Source: Octopus bimaculoides
Lineage: Eukaryota
Direction of reading: 5' to 3'
DNA: 64,000 nucleotides
Assembly: GCF_001194135.2 (NCBI RefSeq)
Contig: NC_068985.1
Location: 86,451,456 to 86,515,455, forward strand
The position numbers were made by a program, and so were the translations under genes. Below the pieces are notes generated by a model. The model searched no databases and was not told the DNA's origin. It saw nothing but the letters and a program-made list of their open reading frames with translations. Shown piece after piece: positions 11,391 through 25,326 of this stretch; the first letter of the stretch is position 1; each line of letters starts with the position of its first letter.

Positions 11391-12699
11391 CAGGTTACCT
11401 TTCCAGCTTCTTAGGAAATTGTATGTGATTTTTTCATTTATGATATGATACAAATTTGATAACAGACACTCTTAGCTTGGTTTCATTAGAAAGTTGATGT
11501 TGTAATACAATGTTCAGCTCATGGAAGTGGATAAATGTCCAAAGCTTTCTAAAATGGTAGGTAGTTTGAGAGGAATTTACACCACTACTTTTTTTTTTTT
11601 TATGGAACCACCGATAACAAGCAAAACCAACACCCACCATACTTTATTCTGTGATGTCTTCTCTTTTGAAATTTCCGAAAGTGGAAACTCTTTATTTTTT
11701 AATATTTAGTTGAAATAAGTTTTTCAGTTTAAAGTGAGATTTTGCAAACATTTACCAGGTTCCATGGCTACCCCATCGTTCAATAAAACTATATATTAAC
11801 AAAAATATTTCTAATTGATGATTGATAGCTACTTTCTATATTTCTTTTTTGCAATTTCAAAAACGATATGCTCAGCATGACATCAGCACAAAATTGTGAA
11901 AAAAGAGAAAATCTTATATTTTATACAATCATCTTCAATGCGCGTGCGCACACACACGCACACACACATTTTATCTATATAGAATCTATCATTTCCTGCT
12001 GTTAGTTTCAAATCGGCCCTAGAAATAATGCCTGTTTTTGCATATATTTCTTTGGTTGGTTTCACAAAAGATTCTAGTTTTATAAACATCATCAAAAGTC
12101 ATAGAATCTTGAGTTATGTCTACTATATTAGTTATTACTGAATTAGTTATGTCTATTATGTGGAAAAAAGCTCTGCTCAAGTTTATCAGGATTCAGGTCC
12201 TGACTGGCAGTTGTTAGGGAGACCACTAAACTAACTGAAATGTCTTACTAACATCGAAGTAAGTTTGATGGGTCTGGCTATCTTATTTGCTTTTGATTTA
12301 TCCAGTGAGTGATGACTCTAACACTGATTAATGCTTTTGATAATGTTCCAGAGATATAATCCTTTAATTAATATAAAAGTGACCGGTATCGTTACCTGGA
12401 ATAGCTAGCACAGTACCTGGTAAAACAAAACCCCATCAATCAAAGACCATATTGTTTTATATTTAAGTTGCTGTCATCATACCTCAGTTGTTTAGAGCAA
12501 AGTACATGACTATTTTCATGGTCTTAATGGCTGTTGGAAGGAAAGGATGTGCGGATTGAACCAAGACCTGGCCTGAAGACTTCTAACAGAAAGGACTTTG
12601 ATAAATGTATCCAAGGATTTGAGTAGCTATGTTAAACTGAATAGTGGCTTAAGTTCACCACTCGGGCAGGCCTCAACAGGATTTGAACATAGGTTGCTG

Positions 12700-12890
12700 A
12701 GGTTCAGAACAAATGCTGGAAAGCATTGAATTTGAGAGTCCAGTGTGCTAGGGTGGGACTTTATCTATTCACCCTGGAAGGATAAAAGGCAATGCTGGTC
12801 TGGAAAGTGTTTGAACTCAGAATGCAAGATTCCAGAATAAATATAGCAAAGCATCTAATCCTGAACTCAACCAATTCCACCAGTGTGCCA
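12700..12890 (-). mobile_element. SINE family A, old fragments
   Basis: TTTGAACTCAGAA..CAAATA...CTCAACCAATTC similar to the reverse complement of the A head. Confidence 0.6.
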
Positions 12891-13149
12891 CTGATTATGG
12901 TTCTTTACTCCCAAAGAAGAAACAGTTAACGTTAAGCATGGTGCGAATTAAAGTCAAAACACAAAATATCTGAATAAACGCTGCAAAACATTTCTTCCAA
13001 TGTTCCAGGTGACATTTATCACAGAGAGACAATAGGAATTGTCAATAGTGTTTTTGATGTCTCTGGAGGCAATCACCTGCTCCTGTCTAATGAATGTTAC
13101 TTTTGTTGCTCCATTCATGTATTTTGCCTCAACAATATTTAGTAGATTG

Positions 13150-13630
13150 TATATATATATGCATGCATGTATGTATGTGTATGTATGTATGTATGTATGT
13201 ATGTATGTATGTATGAGGTATGTATGTATGCATGTATGTATGCATGTATATATGTATGTATGCATGCATGCATGCATGTATGTATGTATGTATGTATGTA
13301 TGCATGTGTATGTATGTATGTATGTAGGTAGATAGGTAGGTATGCATGTGTGTGTGTGTATGTATGTATGTATGTATGTATGTAGGTATCTACGTGTGTT
13401 TATGTATATACATACTTGACTGTGTGTTTATATATTTGCATGTGTACATGTACGTGTGTATGTATTATGTCTGCAAGTATGTGTGTACGTATGTATGTGC
13501 CTATATATGTATGAACGGATGCATGAGTGTATGTATGTGTGAATGTATGCATGTGTGCATGTGTGCATATGTATGTGTGCACGTATATATGTTTGTGTAT
13601 ATGTATGTGTGTATGCATGTGTGTATGTAT
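13150..13630. repeat. Long degenerate (ATGT)n/(GT)n microsatellite
   Basis: Seen directly. Source of the MYVC-type ORFs. Confidence 0.95.
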
Positions 13631-13764
13631 GACAAAAGTATATCCACACTAAATCTATAAGAAATATTATTATTACTGACCAAAGTTATGGTAGACAATT
13701 GGCTGAACAGTTCGATAAAGAAAAAACAAAAAGACAATACATGACCAATATTTCTTTTGACTAA

Positions 13765-14110
13765 AGCAGTGAGATGGCAGAAATGTTAGCATGCTGGGCA
13801 AGATGCTGAGCAGTATTTCGTCTGTCTTTGCATTCTGAGTTCAAATTCCGCTGAGGTCGACTTTGTCTTTCATCCTTTCGGGGTTGATAAATTAAGTACC
13901 AGTTGCGTACTAGGGTCGATCTAATTGATGGTCCCCCTCCCCCAAAATTTCAGGCCTTGTGCTTAGAGCAGAAAAAAATATTTCTTTTAACTCTATTTTT
14001 CTGAGTTCAAATCCTATCAAAGGTCAACCTTGTCTCTTAGGCTTTTACTTCTCCTGGATCAGCAAAATACCAGTTAAATACTGGGGTCAATATTATCAAC
14101 TAACCCCTCC
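13765..14110 (+). mobile_element. SINE family A full copy (13765-13980) plus tandem partial copy (13990-14110)
   Basis: B-box GAGTTCAAATTCC 13837-49, conserved body and CCCCCTCCCCCAAAATTTCAGGCCTTGTG 3' part, followed by a second degenerate body. Confidence 0.9.
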
Positions 14111-14879
14111 TCTCAGAACTCTTGACCGTGTGACTAAAATAGAAACAACAATTATAGCTGATTGGAACCGAGAGAAAGCCATAATTTTATAGCTTCACAC
14201 TTTTAAAGTCCAGATTCTCCATTCTCCAGATTGGTTTCTTGTTATCTGTGAATCTATTTTCCTCACCAAGAAGAAACTATTCACTCACTTCCCCTTCATT
14301 GCAAAGCATAAACCATACAGAAACAATAAAAGAAGCTTACATATGTTGCTAATTAAATAGAATCTGCTTTGCACATCACAGAGCATATTTTCATTTGAAA
14401 TATATACTTTTTGAACAAATGATATTTATTAGATATCATGGAGGTCATATCAGTATTTGATACTGACATTAAACTGACATGAGACACTAGCAATATCGCT
14501 CGACAAACTTAATTATTGAAAAGAGACACTGTTTTTCCTTCCCGTTAATTACAGATGTTTTCGTTAGAAATGATATATATTTCGTCTCAACTCCTACACT
14601 ATTAGCCATCTGTCAAAAGGCATGGCAATAAACATTTCTTGTTACCTAATGGAGAGAATAATAACAACAACAACAACAACATGAATAATAATAATAATAA
14701 TAACAATAATAATAATTGTAATAATATGAATAATAATAATATCAATATCAATAGAATGAATGAATAACGAAAGCATCCAGCTTAAAGATAAATTGTTTTG
14801 GAAGTGCATCCAAACACTTTGTTTAAGAATATTTTATTTTAAGTGTTTAACGTTTAACTGATTGTATATTGGAATCACA

Positions 14880-15250
14880 TCATTCGTCTTTAATTTGTTT
14901 TGGATGGAATTTAGTGAACAAAAGCTTCATTGGTTGTAGATTTTTCATGTTATACTCAGAAGTTTGCATTTCTCAATGCAATATGGACAAGTGGAGTGTC
15001 TATCACATGGTGCAGAACAAATATTTCAAGCAAATTCGTTGTAAAAATACTGGTTTTTGGGTTCTCTCATCAGTTTTCTCCTCCTGCACCGATATATACC
15101 CATGAATTATATGCACATAAAAACACATACACCTGAAGGCTTTCTGTATTCACATACCAAATTATGCCAGAAGAGTTTTGGTCAAACTAAGGCCATTATA
15201 GAAAACACTAGCTCGGAGTGCCATATAGAAATATGGAACCTTGAATCTTG
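14880..15250 (+). mobile_element. Possible piggyBac transposase C-terminal relic
   Basis: GWNLVNKSFIG...QCNMDKWSV...QIRCK[fs]YWF parallels the recalled PGBD pattern RW...K...YN..MGGVD...R.KKYW. Heavily decayed. Confidence 0.4.
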
Positions 15251-15479
15251 GGATTACATTCAGAATTTCTAAACCACATGGCTATACCTTTAGAATGATT
15301 AGAAATACTTGCAAATATTTTAATGTAATTATTCTGAAGTGAAGAAGTTTAGGTAGGATGTCAATGGATATCTGGATCTTAATATCTGTCCAAGAGCATA
15401 GAGACATTCCAGAACTGTTCTTTGTCATAGTTAAATACTGCCTTGAATGTCCACAGGTTCATTCAAGTCCAGGCTTATC

Positions 15480-15720
15480 CTGGTTTCTCAAAACATTTAT
15501 GGAAATGATTGAGAGATACAGGACTCCATCCTGAATGTGATGCCAGTGCATCACGATTTAAACTTACAGCTACCTCTGGTATGCATTTTAGGTTGAGCAA
15601 ACTGGAACAATGTGAAAAGAAATGTCATGCTTATGGACTTGTGCTGCCTCACCCATGAAACAAGACCCTTACCTAACAATCATGAGTCCAACACCGGACC
15701 CACTTAGTTACTTGTCTTCT
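15480..15720 (-). mobile_element. SINE family F-like fragment
   Basis: ACTGGAACAATGTGAAAAGAAATGTCATGCT resembles ACTGGAGCAATGTGAATTAAAGTGTCTTGCT at 62157-62187. Confidence 0.55.
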
Positions 15721-16754
15721 TTTCTATTGTGAGTGCAGAAACAACACCAACAACAAAATCATTGAAACTGGTGGAGCAGAATAGAAAGTCAAGGTGTTAC
15801 ATTTTTTTCTATTTCAAAATTTGGTTATGAAACACGTGTAGTCGTTTTATTATCATTATCTTATGATATTTACTTTGTATTATATTATATTTATTCATTG
15901 TGCTTTTACTTATTAATTTGTCTATATGTGACAGTGGATTTTCATCGATAAGTTCATGAACCTTGGTTCTTTTCCCTAAAACTATATATATATATGTATA
16001 TATATATATATTAATATATACTTATATATAGATTAAAGCTAAAAAGAAAAGGCAAACAGTTTTATAGTTATTTAACTTTATTATATAGCTAAATTAGATG
16101 TCATAGTCTCACCTTTTCTCTTCTGCTTTAATCTATACTTATCAACTCNNNNNNNNNNNNNNNNNNNNNNNNNNNNNNNNNNNNNNNNNNNNNNNNNNNN
16201 NNNNNNNNNNNNNNNNNNNNNNNNNNNNNNNNNNNNNNNNNNNNNNNNNNNNNNNNNNNNNNNNNNNNNNNNNNNNNNNNNNNNNNNNNNNNNNNNNNNN
16301 NNNNNNNNNNNNNNNNNNNNNNNNNNNNNNNNNNNNNNNNNNNNNNNNNNNNNNNNNNNNNNNNNNNNNNNNNNNNNNNNNNNNNNNNNNNNNNNNNNNN
16401 NNNNNNNNNNNNNNNNNNNNNNNNNNNNNNNNNNNNNNNNNNNNNNNNNNNNNNNNNNNNNNNNNNNNNNNNNNNNNNNNNNNNNNNNNNNNNNNNNNNN
16501 NNNNNNNNNNNNNNNNNNNNNNNNNNNNNNNNNNNNNNNNNNNNNNNNNNNNNNNNNNNNNNNNNNNNNNNNNNNNNNNNNNNNNNNNNNNNNNNNNNNN
16601 NNNNNNNNNNNNNNNNNNNNNNNNNNNNNNNNNNNNNNNNNNNNNNNNNNNNNNNNNNNNNNNNNNNNNNNNNNNNNNNNNNNNNNNNNAAATATGATGG
16701 CGGGACATTGAAGAATTGTCATTTAGCTTATCTTAACACACACACATATGTACA

Positions 16755-16910
16755 TGACAGGCTTCTTTCAGTTTCCATCTACCAAATCCACTCACAAAGC
16801 TTTAGTTGGCCCATAGCTATAGCAGAAATCACTTGCCCAAGGTGCCACGCAGTGGGACTGAAACTGGAGCCATGTGGTTGGGAAGCAAGTTTCTTACCAC
16901 ACAGCCACTC
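16755..16910 (-). mobile_element. SINE family B, head and CORE-like part
   Basis: ACTTGCCCAAGGTGCCACGCAGTGGGACTGAAAC..CATGTGGTTGGGAAGC is the reverse complement of the head at 49430. Confidence 0.9.
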
Positions 16911-16984
16911 ATTCTCATTTCATTTTAATTGTATTTTGTTTCCATTTCATTTTACTTTTATATTTCATTTTGAAATGAAATAAT

Positions 16985-17275
16985 TGAAGAATGGAGTGGA
17001 GTGAAGGATGTGATACTGAAAGAATGCTGAAAGCACAAGTTCTGCAGGACTGGACATGTTGCAAGGTTCACAGACAACAGGTAGACCCATGCAGTTGCCA
17101 AGTTCTATACAAGGGTTTAGAAAAGGCTGCTTGGAAGGCCTTCACGATGATGGAAAGATGATTTAGTCAAAAAATTTGTGTCAAGAAAGAAAAGAATGGT
17201 GCAATCAAGACAGAAATGGAACTGCATTGTGAGCAGTAGTGTTTAACAGCATACAATGGTCTGGTCAACACTGAT
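16985..17275 (+). mobile_element. RTE-1-like LINE, 3' end of RT ORF (decayed)
   Basis: Translates to EEWSGVKDVILKEC*KHKFCRTGHVARFTDNR*THAVAKFYTRV*KRLLGRPSR*WKDDL. Confidence 0.8.
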
Positions 17276-17284
17276 ATCTCTGTG

Positions 17285-17342
<58 letters not shown>

Positions 17343-17352
17343 NNNNNNNNNN

Positions 17353-17414
<62 letters not shown>

Positions 17415-17864
17415 ACATATATACACATATATGTGTGCATGTGTGTATGTGTGTGTCCGTGTGTAAATGCCAAAAGGCTGCAATGTTTAAGTGCAAGGAG
17501 ACTTTTGAAAAATGGACAAATGTCTAAGCTTTGATGAGAGTCATTTCTCAGCTGCAACCCAAATTGGAAAAACCAATAAATTATGAAAGAAATAACCAAA
17601 TATTGGAGAAAAACAAACCCAATGGAAGTCGTTAATAATGGTTGAGGAGGAAGAAGATAGGAAGAAGGCCTACTGCATGGAGATGTGCAAAAATGAAACT
17701 GAATCACATTTGTAATTTTAATCACTATTGATAATAATTTTTTTCTTAATCTTTTTAACCTCCTGGAAACAAGTCAGATGCAGCAGGAGTTTGCAAAGCT
17801 AACAACAACAAAAGCAACAACAACAACAATGACGACAACAACAGTAATACAAACAAAAATAGAA

Positions 17865-17897
17865 TTTTGTAATAATAGTAACAATAATAATAATAAC

Positions 17898-17968
<71 letters not shown>

Positions 17969-18195
17969 TGATAATAATCCTTTCTGCTATAGGCAGAAGA
18001 CCTGGGTTTTTTGTGAGGAGGGGGGGGCAATCGATCATATCGACCCCAGTATTTGACTGGTACATGATTTATCAACCCCAAAATGATGAGAAGCAAAGTT
18101 GGCCTTACTGGAATTTGAATTCAGAACATAACAACAGATGAAGTACCACTAAGCATTTCACCTGGCATGCTAATAATTCTGCCAGCTCACTGACT
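17865..18195 (-). mobile_element. SINE family A with long (AAT)n tail
   Basis: Reverse-complement match to the 13765 copy. Tail 17865-17975. Confidence 0.9.
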
Positions 18196-18635
18196 TAATA
18201 ATAATAATAATGATAATAATAATAATAATAATACTATGTGTTGCATGGTGGATTCCTAAAGATAGTTTCAGCAAATAGTAGTAGTGAGACATAGTTATGG
18301 CTGCAGAAATGAAAGCTGAAAAGGGAGACAGAGAGTTTGTTAGTAGCAGCACACGGTCAAGCATTAAGGACTAATTGGATAACAGCCAAGATAGACAAAA
18401 ACCAAGTAGATTCCTAATGTAGATTATGCAAAGCAAAAGAGGAAAGCCTAATTCATATAGTAAGCGAATGTAGCATGCTGGTGCAGAAAGAATACAAGAA
18501 AAGACATGACAATCTAGGGGGAGTAAAAGAATGAATAGCATGGTACCATAGGCTGAAAGTAGGAAGCCTGCTTCGCCTGTAAGACCCCAGGAGTTCCAAC
18601 AAAACCTGTGATAAAAAGAAATAATAATGATAATA

Positions 18636-18850
18636 ATCCTTTCTTCTATAAGCACAAAACCAGACATTTGGGTGGAGGAGAGAAGTTAATTGANNNNNNN
18701 NNNGGGCTCAACTGATATTTTATCAATCCCAAATGTATGAGAGACAAAGTTGAGTTTGACAGAATTCAAACAGAATAATGTAAAAATGGACAACATGTTC
18801 CTTAGTATGTTGTCCGGCATGCTAACAATTCAGTTTGTGCACCACCTTAG
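18636..18850 (-). mobile_element. SINE family A, old copy (10 N gap inside)
   Basis: Reverse-complement match to the A family. Confidence 0.8.
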
Positions 18851-18894
18851 CAGCAACAGCAGCAGCAGCAATAGCAGTGGTAGTAGTAGTAGTA

Positions 18895-19170
18895 GTAATA
18901 ATAATAATATTAATAATAATAATGATAATAATAATAATAATAATGATAATCATAATAATAATAATAATAATAATAGTCTCAAACTTTGGCACAGGTGGCA
19001 GTTTTTGCAGGGATGGGGGAGTTAATGACATTGACCCCAGTACTTGACTGGTAATTAAGTTTTTCAACCCAGGAAATGATGAAAGCAAAATTGACCTTGT
19101 TGGGATTTGATCTCAGAACATAAAGATGGATGAACTACTGCAAATCATATTGTCTAGCTGGACTAGAAAT
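18895..19170 (-). mobile_element. SINE family A with (AAT)n tail
   Basis: Reverse-complement match. Third copy in the same orientation within 1.3 kb. Confidence 0.85.
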
Positions 19171-19779
19171 TCCACCAGCTTGCCACCTTAACAAGAACAC
19201 CAACAACAACAACAACAAAAACAACAATAATAATAAACAACATCATAATAATGACAGCAACAATACCAGAAACAAAAAAGTGAAAAACAACAAAAATATA
19301 TAGAAGAAGAAAAAGTAAAATGAAATAAATTTGAAGAAAATATAAAATAAAAGATTGGACTGCCTCTCTCTCCACCACACCACATCCATCCCCAGAAGAT
19401 TCCCCTCAAATAAATTAAAGGATCCATCATTTCTGCCGTATAAATCTAACCAGCAATTATGCAGTATTATTCAAGTTTCCTACAACAGCTATTTTATCCT
19501 GATACGTGAGGTAGAGGGGCTTTTTTTTTATCCTTTCTCCCTAAATAAATCTGAAAAGATGTTAATAAGCCTACTTCAGTGAGCTCCTTCACCACCACAA
19601 ACACCACAACCACAACAACCACCACCACCACCACCACTGTTCTCGCTGACTCCACTGTCACCTCCACCATCCTTAACAAATTCTTTTGGATTCGTTAATA
19701 TTCATGCTGCATTGTAATTTGCTTAATTTCTCATTATTATTATTTAACTTCTCTGTTTAATTGCTGTCATGATTGTTGT

Positions 19780-19811
<32 letters not shown>

Positions 19812-19944
19812 CTACTTACAGAGTCCTTATCTGAGAATTTGGGAAAACTTTCGAAAACAACAACAGAAACAACAACTATAATATCAGCAACAATACTAAC
19901 GATGATGATGAAGACGATGATAGTGATGATGGTAATAATAACAA

Positions 19945-19985
<41 letters not shown>

Positions 19986-20550
19986 CGATGATGATGATGA
20001 TGATACTAATCTCAAAATATTCATACTGATGATGCAATCATAATAAGAAGGAAAAAGAAGAAGAAAATAAAAAAAAACAACAGGAAAAGAAGGAAGAGGA
20101 GAGGGAGGAGGAGGAGGAAGAAGAAAAAAGTATTTAATTTGAATTAAGGTAAATCACAATAATCAAGAGATATTCGAAATTATTACCAATGGCCCTTATT
20201 CCCTCCTTCTTTAATGCCTTGTTTTGTTATTTAGACATTTATCATACTTTATGCATGCACGGACCTTATTTAGGTGTTTATGCATTTATGTATTGTACAT
20301 CAATGTGTGCCTGTTTATGCCTGTACACACACACACACATGAATACATGCATTTCTAGTCATATATGTATGTAAGTGGGTGTGTGTGTGCGTGTGTGTGT
20401 GCATGTGTATTTGTTTCTGTGCTTATTATAAATATTTATTTATTTATTCTGTTCTGAAAGCAATGAGTTTTAGAAAGAAAACAATGTGACGACTACGGAA
20501 ACACACACAAACACAGAGTCATGTACATATGTATATATGCACACAAGCAC

Positions 20551-20584
<34 letters not shown>

Positions 20585-20606
20585 CGGCGTACGTACACTT
20601 GTCTCT

Positions 20607-20677
<71 letters not shown>

Positions 20678-21102
20678 GCACATATTATTATATGTATACA
20701 CACACATACATAGAAATGTGTATAGAAACCTGCCCTCATACACACACACACACACACATGCAATAGCAATCAGAATACAAATGAACAAAAGTACATTGAC
20801 AGCTGATGAGGAAAGAAGAAACAAATATGTTAACTTTCCTTTCCAATTAATCCTATCTAATTTAGTGTAAATAATAATTAATAGTAATGGTATTATGTCT
20901 AAACTAACAGTTGTGTGTTGGAAGGGGAGGGAGATGGCAAGGGGTGGCGTTATGGGGGAGGAGAGGATTGTAGGTAGGTGGAGGGGGAAGGAGGAAGAGC
21001 TGCTGTGGGGAGAGGAGGTGGAGGAAACTTGAAGGAGATGGTGGTGCTTCGTTTTGAATTGAATGAGAGAATAATAAACAGAGAAATCATGAATAGGGAT
21101 AT

Positions 21103-21142
<40 letters not shown>

Positions 21143-21411
21143 AAGGAGGAGGAGGATGATGATAAGGAGGAGGATGAGGATGTGGATGAAGGTGTTGTAC
21201 TTTAAAACAGGTGTTCCTCTCATGACAAAATGCTTAGTTACAGAGATGTAAATAAACCAGCACTGGTTACCAAGCAGCAGAGGAAGAAATTTTAGATGGT
21301 TTTCAAGCCTCCACATCTTACGTTGATGATGTCAAATTTTTATATGTATGTATGTATGCATGTATGTGTACATGTATGCACAAATCTATGTATATATATA
21401 TATGTATATAC

Positions 21412-21445
<34 letters not shown>

Positions 21446-21485
21446 ACATGTATGCACAAATATATATATATATATATAACTTTCT

Positions 21486-21522
<37 letters not shown>

Positions 21523-21592
21523 CATATTTAATATCCCTTAGGTGATTTTTACACCTAGCTAAATATGTTATGTATATATGTATATATATATA

Positions 21593-21800
21593 TAAGGCAA
21601 GCTGGCAGAAACATTAGCATGGTGAGCGAAATGTTCAGCGGTATTTCGTCTGTCTTTATATTCTGAGTTTAAATTCTGCTGAGGTCGACCTTGCCTTTCG
21701 GGGTTGATAATTTAAGTACCAGTTATGTACTGAGGTTGATCTAATCGACTAGTCCCCTCCTCAAAAATTTTGGGCCTTGTGCCTAGAGTAGAAAAGAATA
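21593..21800 (+). mobile_element. SINE family A, full length
   Basis: AAGGCAAGCTGGCAGAAACATTAGC head, GAGTTTAAATTC B-box-like, CCCCTCCTCAAAAATTTTGGGCCTTGTGCC 3' part. Confidence 0.9.
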
Positions 21801-21805
21801 TATAT

Positions 21806-22283
21806 ATATTAAACGAAATAGAGAAATACAATTGATAAAGTAAAAATTTATTTACATTATAATATAATATAATATAATATAATATAAGCCAACATAACAA
21901 ATCTTTAAAAAACACATATAAAGCCAACAATTTGTTTTCACTTATATACAGGAGTGAATTTATAAAAATTCCTATCCATGTATACAAGCCTCTTTAGAGC
22001 AATGGTTCAAAAGAACATATGGAATTCCATGTCAAATTGGCAGTATTCATGTGTTTTTTTGAACCATGGCTCTAAAGAGGCTTGTATACATGGATAGGAA
22101 TTTTTATAAATTCACTACTGTATATAAGTGAAAACAAATTGTTGACTTTATATGTGTTTTTTTAAGGATTTGTTATCTTATTTTTTATTATATTATATTT
22201 TATTTTTTATATTATATTATATTATATTATAATGTAAATAAATTTTCAGTTTGTCAATTGTATTTCTCTATTTCATTTAATAT
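21806..22283. mobile_element. Foldback / MITE-like long inverted repeat
   Basis: Arm about 21806-22018 is the near-perfect reverse complement of arm about 22049-22283, with a spacer of about 30 nt. Confidence 0.9.
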
Positions 22284-22439
22284 TTCTATGTTATAGTTAT
22301 TCCCTTTTATCTGTGGTATTCAACTGTTGTACCAGTGAATTGAATGTTTTACATCCCTTTGAAGGAATTTTTTTTCCTTCGTTTGATTCATAATATATAT
22401 ATATATATATATATATCATCATCATCATTATCATCATCA

Positions 22440-22760
22440 TCATCATTGTCGTTGTCATCATCATCATCATTTAATGTCTGTTGTCCATGCTAGCATGAGT
22501 TGGATGGTTTGACTGGGTTGGCATGCTGGAAGGCTGCACCAGACTGATTTGACATGGTTTTCTACAGATGGATGTCCTTCCTAATGCCAGCCACTCTGAG
22601 AGTGTAATGGGTGCTTTTACATACCACCAGCATGGGTGCCATTTGTGTGACACTGGGGTGTGTTTACATGCCAGTGACAGCATTTTTTCATGGTGATGTT
22701 AATTGAAGAGGTTTTGAGAGAAAATGTTTTATGGGTGGATGCTTTTCCTGTCATCGACAC
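22440..22760 (-). mobile_element. RTE 3'-UTR-derived repeat (family D) with (CAT)n tail
   Basis: TTTAATGTCTG..TCCATGCTAGCATGAGTTGGATG...GGATGTCCTTCCTAATGCCAGCCACTC is the reverse complement of the UTR at 55340-55535. Confidence 0.85.
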
Positions 22761-23346
22761 TTTTAGTTATTGCTTATGACACCCAAGGACACAGAATGAC
22801 TACACTAAAAGTAGGAAAAATATGTTTCTGCATTTGTTGTTTTGCTTGTGTAAAGAAGTGTAAAATGGTGCAAATATGTTTTGGTAGAAAAGTTTATAGA
22901 AAAGAGATAACTGTGAAAAAATACTGATGTCATGTGAAGTTTATCTTTTGATAAACTAACAACAAGATTAGATTTTGGGTTGCATATAATTGACTAGCAC
23001 CCTCGAAGTCACTACCCGAGCATGAAGGCAATCTGATGATAGAAAACGGTGAAAGAATAAAAGAATGAAAGAAAGACAAGAATAAAAGAATCTGAACCTG
23101 CATATTCAGGGGTCAATAAACAAATTTAAGAACCTAATTCGATATCATAAACCTAGATTTAACCTTCTGCTCTCAATGTCATATTTATATTCCAGCAAAT
23201 ATAAAAGTCTGTTTTGACCAAAAGAGGCTTAAATTGTAATTCAGGGAAAATCTCTGAGAGAATTAATGTCAAACTTTGTCACCAGAAATGTGGAACCACA
23301 AATCCCAAAATCCAGTCATTGCTGATGTCAAAATATTAATAATAGC

Positions 23347-23390
<44 letters not shown>

Positions 23391-23429
23391 CGACGACAAC
23401 AATGACTATGACAATAACTACAGCAACAA

Positions 23430-23825
<396 letters not shown>

Positions 23826-25088
23826 CCAACTGTTCCTCTGATAATATAAATGGCACTTTTAAACACTGTGGCAAAACCCACCCAAAAGTATCAGAACTAC
23901 AAAAATTGTTCTCATGGATACTGCTTCCATTCTAAGAAAGATTCTGTCAATCTGACAATACATGACTCTTTTAGACTCTTTCAAAATCACAAATATTACA
24001 TTAAACTTTTTATGAACAAAACAAGGAATCTTACTGATCTAAGCTCCCTCTGACCTACCATGGGTACAAGCTGACAGAAATGAACTCTGTATATTCTGCA
24101 TGGGCACAATTCATAGGGTACAGTCTTTGTGTAACACAATCTATATAGGATCACCGCACATCAGCAGAACTCACCCAGCCCATAATGTACACAATCAACT
24201 TCCAATAAAATAAAAATGGTTTCAAATTTTAGCACAAGGCCAGCAATTTCGGTGGGAAGAAGCAAGTTGATTACATCAGCCCCAGTACACAACTGGTACT
24301 TATTTTGCCTACATGCTAACAATTCTGTCAGTTCACTGCCCTACCTCCCTACAGAATAACAACTCACACTTTTATATAATGAAGAAGCAATACATTTTAC
24401 AATGCTTTCTGTGCCCTACCAAACATACCATATTCTACACAACTGGCACCTAATAATATATCAACACATTTACTCCACACAATCGCTACTCTACATGATT
24501 GTCAAAAGCGCAGCCCATACTTCACCAAAACCCCACTTCACACTAGCACTCACTCCCAAAAACAACACACATACAAAACACTAAAATAATATCAGAAACA
24601 ACAAAGAAAAGCTGATGTTGTAAACAAGCATCATTGTACGACCCCGAATGACAATAGTAGACACATCTGAAAAGCTCTGTCTGGTGGGGCAGTAAAAACC
24701 TTGCATAAAACATTGGGAAACATGTTGATAATAATGATTTATTTTATTGCCCTCAAGGGACTGATATGTCGGTGACAGGAAATAAAAGAGCCGAATAATA
24801 AAATAAACAAATAAGTGAATATGGTGGATTTACATGGAGTTAAAGGGGGTGATTGACGATGACAATAGAGACATATTAATAACTAGATTAGAATATTGTT
24901 TCATAACAACAATATTATAACATGAACAACAAAATGGCTGTCTTCATTTTTTGATGACGATAATGATGATGATGATGACGGTGACGACGACGACGACGAC
25001 GACGACAACGATGATGATGACGATGACGACGACGACGACGACGACGACAACGATGATGATGTAAATGATGATGATGAGCAGGAGGACG

Positions 25089-25143
<55 letters not shown>

Positions 25144-25266
25144 AAATGATAATAATAATGATTTATTTTGTTGCCATAAAGGCGATAGGAGAGATGTTAT
25201 AAGTCATTACTAATGAAAAAACAACAATAACAACAACAGTAATGCTTATATTAACACTACTACTCC

Positions 25267-25326
<60 letters not shown>

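Noticed and set aside
15829-15844. GAAAC-ACGT-GTA, a hammerhead-like 3' half
   Set aside because: No CTGANGA or stem II upstream. Such short motifs are expected by chance in 128 kb of both strands.
20930-21050. G-rich stretch as a G-quadruplex
   Set aside because: Two of the three loops are 9 nt and it sits in a decayed purine-rich simple repeat. There is no functional context.
20978-21205. Acidic ORF, and poly-Glu/Lys ORFs at 35326-35649
   Set aside because: Translations of (GAT)n, (GAG)n and (GAA)n repeats with no leader or splice support.
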